From Methylorubrum extorquens (GTDB taxonomy: Bacteria; Pseudomonadota; Alphaproteobacteria; Rhizobiales; Beijerinckiaceae): DNA of 32,000 bases. This document shows positions 18,869 through 25,893 of this stretch, piece after piece; position 1 is the first letter of the stretch, and every line of letters starts with the position of its first letter. The DNA lies in NCBI GenBank assembly GCA_900234795.1, contig LT962688.1:3720001-3752000 (forward strand), written 5' to 3'. The notes under the pieces are model-generated. The model worked only from the letters and a program-made list of their open reading frames with translations, had not been told where the DNA came from and did not search any database. The position numbers and the translations under genes were made by a program.

Positions 18869-18955
18869 AGGGCCTATCCTGCACAATAATTCGCTGGCTT
18901 TACTTGGCGCGCGGGTCTAGCCTCGTACCCGTATTCGTTAACTCGGGAACCCGTC

Positions 18956-19676
18956 ATGGCCCCCATCGACCCGAACTTCCTCCCCGACTTCCTCCGCGAC
19001 GAGCACCTGCCCCCCGCCCGTCGTCCTGCCGCCCGAGCCGCTCCGCGACTGGACCGCGTCCGCCGCCGCCCGGAGCCTCGCCGAGCGGGAGGAGCGCCGG
19101 ATTGCGAGCGCCAAGGCGTGGGCCGAGGAGTGCCGCCTGCGCCGGGAGCGCCTCGTGGCGCGTGCCCGGGCCGCGGCGACGGAGAGCCTGCGCGAGAGGC
19201 CGTGGGCCTGGGCGACGGCCGCCCTGATCGCGGAGGCGGAGGCCCTGCTCGCCCTGGAGGTTCTGGTCGAGCCCGACGCCGAGCGTCTCCTCAAGCTCGC
19301 CAAGGCCGCCGACGCCGCGGCCGCCAAGGCGCTGGAGGCCTCGGCCGTCCCCGTCCCGACGGAGGCGGAGCTTGCCCGTGACCCTGCCATCCGCGAGGCC
19401 TGCCGCCTGGGGCTGCACTACATCACCGTGCTCGACAGCGACCGCGCCCGGGTCACGAACGATTCGGGGTGGTCGAGGTCCACGACGGTGATGGGGCACG
19501 TGCTCGACGCGCTGCCCGAACTCGATGAGGCGCAGGCCAGCCACGCGCTCCGCATCCTCCGCATCCACCGCCGCCAGCTGCCCGACATCCTGGCCGGGGC
19601 CGTGTTCGAGGGGCTCACGCTCCCGCCGCGGCGCCTGCACATGTCCCCGATCTCGACCTCGGGCGCCCGGGCATGA
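18956..19676 (+). pseudogene. Hypothetical protein (~239 aa) with an apparent frame shift in a C6 run (19010-19015)
   Basis: MAPIDPNFLPDFLRDEHLPP in frame 2 continues after removal of one C as PVVLPPEPLRDWTASAAARSLAEREERRIASAKAWAEECRLRRERLVARARAAATESL... This joins ORF 19155..19676. Confidence 0.55.
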
Positions 19677-19765
19677 GCGCCGAGGTCGTCACCCTCAGGC
19701 CGGAGGGCGTGCCCACGCGCCCGATGGTCCGCTGGCTGGGCTCGAAGTGGCGGATGGTGCCCTGG
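19673..19765 (+). pseudogene. N-terminal stub (~30 codons) of a D12-class DNA adenine methyltransferase
   Basis: MSAEVVTLRPEGVPTRPMVRWLGSKWRMVPWV matches the R(Y/W)xGGKWRLAPWI N-terminus of phage-type Dam methylases. Similarity stops at about 19765, and the expected ..HFP.H..YVEPFGG does not follow. The ATG overlaps the upstream stop (ATGA). Confidence 0.5.
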
Positions 19766-19877
19766 GTCTGTGGCCTCAGGCCGGGTGCGTCATGGGTCGT
19801 GACCCATCCCCTGCCTCTTGCCCTGCCAAGGTCGGCATGGGGGCGTGGCCCGTGCAAGGTCACGAGGGAAGGGTGCC

Positions 19878-19987
19878 TCCCCATCGGCGCGCAGGACCAA
19901 TGACCCCATCGGCGTGATGCACCGATGAGGGGGCGGGCTATCGGTGTGGAGGACCGATGACAGTCATCGGCGTGGAGGACCGATGAC
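19878..19987. repeat. Four tandem ~25-32-bp units, each an inverted repeat CATCGG(C/T)G-N6-8-(G/C)ACC(G/A)ATGA (iteron/operator-like array)
   Basis: The units start at about 19878, 19903, 19928 and 19960. An exact 15-mer TGGAGGACCGATGAC occurs at 19947-19961 and 19973-19987. A local palindrome CCGATGAC-A-GTCATCGG lies at 19953-19969. Confidence 0.7.
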
Positions 19988-19995
19988 CCCTCAGG

Positions 19996-20164
19996 CCCAT
20001 CTCGCCCCATCCATGCCCATGGGCTGCCATGGTGGCTCCATGGGGCGGCCATGGGAGCCTGGGAGGGGGGCGACAGGGGCTAACCCATTGGGAATGCGCC
20101 ATGCGTCCCATCTCGCCCCATGGGGCTGCCATGGGCTGCCATGGGCTCTCATGGGCCGGGATGG
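19996..20164. repeat. Phased (C/T)CATGG array, in two clusters with 10-11-bp spacing
   Basis: CCATGG occurs at 20017, 20027, 20038 and 20049, and again at 20118, 20129 and 20139. TCATGG at 20149 and GGATGG at 20159 continue the phase. Each cluster is preceded by the exact 15-mer CCCATCTCGCCCCAT (19996-20010 and 20107-20121). Confidence 0.7.
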
Positions 20165-20526
20165 GCCTGGCGAGGGAACTTGGTCAGTAGCCCCGCTTGA
20201 TCGTCTCCACCCATGGCGTACTTGAAGACCGCGGACTGATCGTCGCCGAGGTAGGCCTCGGCCTCCACGATGCCCAGGTCGCGGTTCTTGGCAAGGCTGC
20301 GCCGGTACTGCCACCCGGCGACCATCCAGGGCGTCGGATCGCGGAAGGTGTCCCCAGTCGCGCGGCGCATGTCCTCGGAGACCGCCTTGACGCTCTCGTC
20401 CACCACCCAGGCGCAGGCCCGGCGGAATTTGCCGTAGCTCGTCTCGGAGACGTACTGCTCCTCCCACGCGGCGAGGACCTCGCTGAGGTCGCTGACGAAG
20501 GAACCGTATGAGGGGGGTCGGGCCAT
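20149..20526 (-). CDS. Hypothetical protein (125 aa)
   Basis: MARPPSYGSFVSDLSEVLAAWEEQYVSETSYGKFRRACAWVVDESVKAVSEDMRRATGDTFRDPTPWMVAGWQYRRSLAKNRDLGIVEAEAYLGDDQSAVFKYAMGG... Third-position GC is good except over the last ~20 codons, which run into the CCATGG array, so the 3' end may be altered. Confidence 0.5.
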   Translation of the reverse strand: MARPPSYGSFVSDLSEVLAAWEEQYVSETSYGKFRRACAWVVDESVKAVSEDMRRATGDTFRDPTPWMVAGWQYRRSLAKNRDLGIVEAEAYLGDDQSAVFKYAMGGDDQAGLLTKFPRQAHPGP

Positions 20527-20843
20527 GGGCCTAGCCTGGCAGGGGGAGCCGTGGCCCGTGCAAGGGCACGGCGAGGCACCTGGACGGGGCTGGCGGGGGC
20601 CTGCCGGCCTGGTGCGGTCCGAGGGAGCCGGGGACCGCAGGGAGGGGCTGTGCGGAGCCTCCAGGGGCCTGAAACGCAGAACCCTGCCTCGCCGGAGACC
20701 GGGGGCAGGGTTCCGGGCGATTGTGGTGCAACCCCCAACTGTCCCGTGCAGGACAGGCGGAAGGTAGCGCTCCACCTGGGAAGCCACAAGGTCCGGGCGG
20801 ACACGTAGCCTACGGCCCTGCACGGGAAAGGGCTGCCCTGGGG

Positions 20844-22604
20844 CTACGCCTGGACCTGGGAGAGGCTGCCCTGAGGCCTCCGGCCCTGCCCCTGGAGGGA
20901 GGTTGCCTGGAGGCTCCGCCCGGCCCTGGACGAGGCCTTCCCGGGCTTCGCCTTGCCCGGCAGGCGGTCGGGAACCAGGGCCCTGGGAAAGGCGCGCATG
21001 CCGGTCTCCACCTCGTGGGCGATGAGGTCGTGGGCGAGTTCGATGACCGCGGCCCGGCGCATGTCCCAATCCACCCAGGAGGAACCCGGTCCGGCCTGCT
21101 GGCGCTCGAAGGCGAGGAGACGGGTCTGGTACGCGATCATCGCCTCCAGACGCTCGGCCGGCACCCAGGAGACCGTGCGAGGCTCGGGAGCGACGGAGGG
21201 AGCGGGCGACGCCGGAAGGGACTGCATGGGCGAGAAATCGACCTTGGCGACACCCTCCTTGAGACCGGCCTCGCGCGAGGGTGGCGACACGGCCGGGGCG
21301 GAGGCGGGAGGCGCCGCCGGGGCGGCGGGCCCGGGACGGGCCGTTTGTCGGATCGTTCTCGTCGAAGTGGTTGAAGTTGTTCCAGAAAGCCTGACGCGCG
21401 TCGTGTCGAGAACCTCCTGCATGATGGCGGTCACATGGCCGCCCGACCGCCGGGGCGCGAGGAAGGAATCGTGCACCGGCAGGACGCCGTCCACGCCGGC
21501 CTTGCGGCACCGCTTCATGACGTCGATGGCCATGCCGCTGTCGATGGCCATGAGGCGGATGCCGGCGTCCGACCCAAGGAACTCGCGGATGAGCTCGTTG
21601 CGGTGCGCGACCTCGTCGAGCAGAAGCTCGGTGTAGCACCGGGTCTCGGACCAGCCCGGCTTCCACATGAGCGCGTCGACGGCGCCCTTCATGGAGCCGG
21701 CGTTGATGGCGACGTTGAGGGCCCACTTGCAGTGCTGCCGGGGGAAGCGGTCGGTGTCGTAGGGGTCGAAGTCCAGGCGCACACCCTTCATGGCGTAGAG
21801 GAGGGTCGGGTGGAGGGCGGCGAAGTCCTCCTCGATGAGGAGTTCCCCGTTGATGAGGAGTTCGCCCCGGCGCTCCTTGGGGAGCTGCTGCCACCAGCCG
21901 TAGAGCCTGCCGTGGCAGTCGTGCCTGCCGCGCCCGAGGATGCGGACGATGCTGTTCGAGGGGGTCGGCAGGGCGCAGGCCCACGTCTCTCGGCCGTCCC
22001 GGACCTTCCGGCCCTTCAGGTGGTGCTCGGTCCTCTGCCAGTCCTCGGGGGAGGCGTCGGGGGACAGCGTCACGTCGAGGCCGGCGAGCCATTCGTTGAT
22101 GCCGTCGACATCGGCCTGCATGCGCCGGGTCCGCTCGGTGTTGGGCAGGCGCATGGCCCTGCCGTCCTCGTCCCGCATGATGAGCGTGGCGGGGGGCGTC
22201 ATGTGCTCGAACCGGGTGCCGGCGAGGCGCTCGACGAGGAGCGGGGTGGCGCGGATCCTGGACTGGAGCGGGACCTTGGCGAGGTGGGCGCCGCGCTTGG
22301 CCCTGACCTCCTCGATGAGGCCGGCCTCGCCGAGGCGGGAGACCGAGGCGACGACGGTCGAGTAGGAGATGGGCGTCCGGTCGTAGTGCCCCTCGGCGTA
22401 CCAATCCCTGCTACGGGAGTACGAGAGCCACTGCATGTCCGTCTCCGCGGCGAGGCCGAGGGCGGCGACCATGCTGGAGAGCGTGCGCTCGTGCCGGTCG
22501 CAACCGGTCGGCGCGATGCCGAGGGCGGCGACGGCCTTGGGGCTCGCTCGCCAGTCGAAACCCCAGGTACGGTCCCTGGGACGTTCGGATGTGTGGGGGA
22601 TCAT
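20844..22604 (-). CDS. Compact family-A (Pol I/T7-like) polymerase-motif protein with an initiator-like N-terminal region and a C-terminal extension
   Basis: ORF 20844..22673 opens at a TTG; the first ATG is at 22604, and an ATG at 22436 has a GGAG sequence upstream. Motifs appear in canonical order: HGRLYGWWQQLP (21897-21914 and following), EEDFAALHP (21807-21833), RQHCKWALNVAINAG (21696-21740), GMAIDVMKR (21510-21536) and PVHDSF (21462-21479). All matches are by hand alignment only. Confidence 0.55.
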   Translation of the reverse strand: MIPHTSERPRDRTWGFDWRASPKAVAALGIAPTGCDRHERTLSSMVAALGLAAETDMQWLSYSRSRDWYAEGHYDRTPISYSTVVASVSRLGEAGLIEEVRAKRGAHLAKVPLQSRIRATPLLVERLAGTRFEHMTPPATLIMRDEDGRAMRLPNTERTRRMQADVDGINEWLAGLDVTLSPDASPEDWQRTEHHLKGRKVRDGRETWACALPTPSNSIVRILGRGRHDCHGRLYGWWQQLPKERRGELLINGELLIEEDFAALHPTLLYAMKGVRLDFDPYDTDRFPRQHCKWALNVAINAGSMKGAVDALMWKPGWSETRCYTELLLDEVAHRNELIREFLGSDAGIRLMAIDSGMAIDVMKRCRKAGVDGVLPVHDSFLAPRRSGGHVTAIMQEVLDTTRVRLSGTTSTTSTRTIRQTARPGPAAPAAPPASAPAVSPPSREAGLKEGVAKVDFSPMQSLPASPAPSVAPEPRTVSWVPAERLEAMIAYQTRLLAFERQQAGPGSSWVDWDMRRAAVIELAHDLIAHEVETGMRAFPRALVPDRLPGKAKPGKASSRAGRSLQATSLQGQGRRPQGSLSQVQA

Positions 22605-22744
22605 GGAGGCCTGCACGGCGTGTGTTGGAGGGCATACGCCAGGCCGGCACCACACGGCCTCGCGCACCCACAAACGTGGCCGCGTCGCTGGAAATCCGCC
22701 AGTGCCATCAAGGACCTAGCCTTAACCGCCGGGTTAACCAGACC

Positions 22745-22990
22745 CCATGGTGGCTCCCCCATCCAAGCGGGCCCCATGGCAGGTCCATTTTCTCCCATGA
22801 GAAGCCCATGACCTCGCGGCGAGTGGCACCCGGCGACCTTCGGGAGCGCGACATGCCCTGGCGGGCATCCAGGCGCCTTGGCGGGCCATGCATAAAAATG
22901 TGCAGGGCCTGGCCGGTGGTCGCGGAGCCATTCCGAAAACGCTGGCTGGTCCATCGGGCCCCATGGGACACCATGGGGCGGACGCATGGC
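22745..22990. repeat. Second set of phased CCAT(G) arrays, sharing words with the 19996-20164 arrays
   Basis: CCAT occurs at 22745, 22759, 22774, 22785, 22795 and 22806, and at 22951, 22961, 22971 and 22984. The 13-mer CCATGGTGGCTCC (22745-22757) equals 20027-20039, and CCATGGGGCGG (22971-22981) equals 20038-20048. Orientation is the same in both sets. Confidence 0.6.
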
Positions 22991-23040
22991 TCGATGGGAT
23001 CGGGCAAGGGCCGGCCACGAATCGAGCAAGCCGTCCTTGG

Positions 23041-23062
23041 GTCTCCTCAGATCTGAGGAGAC
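23041..23062. repeat. Perfect 22-bp palindrome GTCTCCTCAGATCTGAGGAGAC
   Basis: Read directly from the sequence. It lies at the right margin of the CCATGG-rich region and has no T-run on either side. Confidence 0.6.
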
Positions 23063-23338
23063 CCCGGTTCCGACGCGCGGGGGAAGCGGATGGCCCGGAC
23101 GCCTGGTGGCGGCGCGGCGAACCGCCAACCCTGGAGTCCCATCCACCAGGAGCCCGCCCCCGTGTTACACCGGGGCCGCCTACGTCACCTCGCTCCAGGC
23201 CGATCTCGCCGGCGCCCGCGCCGAGGCCTTGACCGCAAAGGCGGACGCCGCGGGCAAGGCGGCCGCCATCGCCGCCCCGGCCTCGTCCGATGACCCGGTC
23301 GCCCCCGTCCTTCGCGACGCCCTGGAGGGCCTCAGCCC

Positions 23339-23572
23339 GTGAAGCGCCTGCTCCTCCTCCTCGTCGCCGTCCTGCCGCTGGCCGCCGCCCCCCCCGAGAG
23401 GCCGGCGCTCTCGATCCCGGGGAGCCTGCTGCGCTGTGCCCCCCCGTCCCGTCCCCCGGCCGGCGGGACGCAGCGACAGGTGGCCGGCTACGTCGTCGAC
23501 CTCGCCGACGCCCACGCCGATTGCCAGGGCAAGCTCTGTCGCGTGCGCGGCCTGGTGGAGGGCGCGCGGTGA
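23339..23572 (+). CDS. Putative spanin-like/lysis-module membrane-anchored protein (77 aa, GTG start)
   Basis: MKRLLLLLVAVLPLAAAPPERPAL...RQVAGYVVDLADAHADCQGKLCRVRGLVEGAR has an N-terminal hydrophobic anchor plus a ..YV.DL..A...C..KL..+ ending, as in Rz/Rz1-type proteins of alphaproteobacterial prophages. It is GTGA-coupled to an upstream startless ORF fragment (~23180-23342). Confidence 0.35.
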   Translation: MKRLLLLLVAVLPLAAAPPERPALSIPGSLLRCAPPSRPPAGGTQRQVAGYVVDLADAHADCQGKLCRVRGLVEGAR

Positions 23573-23732
23573 GCGGCCCGGCCGCCCTGATGGCGCTCTA
23601 CTGCCTGACGGCCGCCCCGGCCCCGGCGGTCGACGCGCCGGTGATGGCCGCGCTCCGGGGCGAGCCGCGGCCTTCCGCAAAGGCGGACGTCGCCGCGGTC
23701 CTGCTCGCCCTCACGCCACGCCGGAGAGCCCG

Positions 23733-23876
23733 ATGACCGAGGACGCCCACGCCGTCGTCGAGGCCACGAGGCGCCTGGTTCGCCAGCGCCTCTGCTACCT
23801 GGAGCGGGCGCTCGCCGCCCTCGATGCTGGGGGAGACCTCCCATGGCTGACGCCGACCCCTGCCGCCGCGTCCTGA
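23733..23876 (+). CDS. Small hypothetical phage-like ORF (47 aa)
   Basis: Hand translation gives MTEDAHAVVEATRRLVRQRLCYLERALAALDAGGDLPWLTPTPAAAS. The ATG overlaps the preceding stop (ATGA). Support is weak. Confidence 0.3.
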   Translation: MTEDAHAVVEATRRLVRQRLCYLERALAALDAGGDLPWLTPTPAAAS

Positions 23877-24055
23877 CCCCGGCCGAGGAAGCGCGCCTGT
23901 TCGCCCGCGACGCCGTCCGCGCGGCCCGTGCCTCCTGGTCCCGCCCGGCCGACGAGGGCGCCGCCATGATAGCCGTGCTCGTCGTCCTGGCGGCCGAGGC
24001 GATGTTCCCCGAGCTCCTGTCCGAGCCCGAAACGGACGGTGCAGGTAAAGCGTAG
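23843..24055 (+). CDS. Small hypothetical ORF (70 aa)
   Basis: MADADPCRRVLTPAEEARLFARDAVRAARASWSRPADEGAAMIAVLVVLAAEAMFPELLSEPETDGAGKA. It has a C-terminal hydrophobic segment. Support is weak. Confidence 0.3.
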   Translation: MADADPCRRVLTPAEEARLFARDAVRAARASWSRPADEGAAMIAVLVVLAAEAMFPELLSEPETDGAGKA

Positions 24056-24280
24056 CCAAGTCCCCATCGCTACGTTCAGGATCCCGTCGCCCCCTCCCGC
24101 GGGAGGGCTGGTGGCGGCGGTCCACCGGGGTGACCATCGGGGTCCGCCGGGCCCGGGCTCTCCCTGCCTCCGGACGAGCGCGTCCAGGGTCGCGCCGCGA
24201 CCCGGCGCCGGGCGCATGCGGCCCGGGCGGCGGCCAAGAGGGGCCGGTCATGACCCGGCGCGAGTACGTGCTGAACGTCT

Positions 24281-24407
24281 GATGTTTGGTCCCGCTATGT
24301 GGTGGTACGACTGATGCCGCATGGAGGGACGCGCTATGGGACAGGTTCTCCACGGCAGCGCCACGACGACTGCGACGGTCCGTCGGGCAATCCAAGCTCG
24401 TCAAGAG
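24281..24407 (+). mobile_element. Relic of an IS481-family insertion sequence (left end plus the first ~24 transposase codons)
   Basis: ATG 24336 gives MGQVLHGSATTTATVRRAIQARQE, which matches the conserved IS481-family transposase N-terminus (MGQVLHGSA.TT..VRRAIQ.SQES...) as I remember it. Similarity stops at about 24407. Confidence 0.4.
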
Positions 24408-25876
24408 TGGGCGCCGCGGGCAAGGTCCCGTCTGACGCCGCCGACGAGTTGCTCGCGGAGGCCGAAGCCGCCGCCGCCGCCGTCTCCGGCTACGAGGACG
24501 CGGCCGCCAAGGCGAGGCAGTACGTCATTCAACGCATCCCGAAGTTCATCTACGTGGCCGAGTTCCCGGAGCTGTCCGGCCACCAGGATATCGAGGAGCT
24601 CCTCTATAGGCCGAGCCCCCACCACGGGCATCCCGGCAAGAAGCGCGACGACCACGACGAGAGTGAGCTCAACTTCCTCAAGATGGCGAAGGTCGCCGGC
24701 TTCGACCCGGAGCGCCTGTACAAGCTCGGGGCCGAAGGCCACGAGGAGCGTTCTCAGCTCCTGAACCGCGCCGGGGCCGTCATCTCAAGCCGATTGCGCG
24801 AGCGGTGGAAGGACCGGTCGCTCAAGGTCCGGTACAACCTCGACGGCAACCACCTCGACACGCTCGTATCGGACCCGAACACGTCCTACGACGTCGAGGT
24901 GAACCTCGACGAGCGCAGCCGCGGCCTGCGCTGGTTCTTCGCCTTCTACGTCACCTTCACGGCCGACACCCAGGGCGGCGACGCCGACGGCGCCATCCTG
25001 CTGCTCGACGAGCCAGGCCTCTTCCTCCACGCCATGTCGCAGGGCGACCTGCTGAGGCACCTCAAGAACGACTTCGCGAACCAGGTCGTCTACACGACGC
25101 ACTCGCCCTTCATGATCCCGCCGGACGACGTCGCCTCGGCCCGGACGGTGAACATCTCGCAGGACGAGGGCACGACGGTCACCGACAGCCCGACGGGGGA
25201 CGAGCGCACGCTGTTCCCCCTTCAGGCCGCGCTCGGCTGGACGCTGGCGCAGTCGCTGTTCGTGGGCCCGAACAACCTCCTGGTCGAGGGCGTGACGGAC
25301 TTCTGGATACTCTCGGCCGTGAACGGCTGGCTGAAGCAGAACGGCGCGAAGGGAACGCTCCCGGCCGACCTGGCGCTCACCCCGGTCGGGGGCGCGGGCA
25401 AGATGACCTACATGGCGGCCTTGCTGACGGGGCAGCGCCTGAACGTGTTCGCCCTGCTGGACGGCGATAAGGCCGGCCACGACGCGCAGCAGGAGCTCGT
25501 CCGCGGGAAGCTCCTGAACCAAAAGTCGATCTTCTTCGTGACCGAGGCGTTCGACCCGCCGGCCAAGGAGGCGGACATCGAGGACCTGCTCGACCCCAAG
25601 GTCTACGAGGATCTGGCCCGCCGCGCCTACGCGAAGGAACTCGCCAAGGTCACTCTCAAGCTGAACGACAAGGTCCCGCGGATCGTCAAGCGCTTCGAGC
25701 TCGCCTTCGAGGAGAAGGGCCTGACCTTCGATAAGGGCAGGCCGGCCCGCCTGTTCATGACCGAGATGGCCTCGCGACCGGCAGACCTGGTCGACGCGGC
25801 GACCAAGGCCCGCTTCCTGAGGCTGTTCTCGGTGATCGTTAAGAGGATGACGACGGTCGCGGCCGCCGCGGCCTGA
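24407..25876 (+). pseudogene. OLD-family ATP-dependent nuclease (ABC-type ATPase + TOPRIM) lacking its N-terminal Walker A region
   Basis: The ORF contains a signature/Walker B region ...RGLRWFFAFYVTF...AILLLDEPGLFLHAMSQGDL and an H-loop VVYTTHSPFMI. A TOPRIM domain follows: NNLLVEGVTDFWILSAVN...LTPVGGAGKM...ALLDGDKAGHDA. No GxxGxGK(S/T) motif occurs in any frame upstream. Confidence 0.75.
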
Positions 25877-25893
25877 CGCCGGAGCGACCCGCG

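Noticed and set aside
12819-19015. Programmed ribosomal frameshifting at the homopolymer sites
   Set aside because: There are no slippery heptamers or downstream stimulatory structures. The four sites lie in unrelated genes, and each is fixed by removing one base from a C/G run. Sequencing error or simple decay is more parsimonious.
19878-20164. CRISPR array
   Set aside because: The repeat units are 6-25 bp with 10-26-bp periodicity. There are no unique spacers of ~30 bp, no longer conserved repeat and no cas genes.
20527-22404. 751-aa ORF 20149..22404 as a single gene
   Set aside because: Only its last 125 codons (from ATG 20526) and a short internal patch (about 21333-21404) look coding. 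The rest is a low-complexity Arg/Pro/Gly shadow of the polymerase-like frame.
24092-24107. 16-bp GC palindrome CCCTCCCGCGGGAGGG as a regulatory site
   Set aside because: Short GC-only palindromes are expected by chance at this GC content. It has no partner copies and no adjacent gene start.
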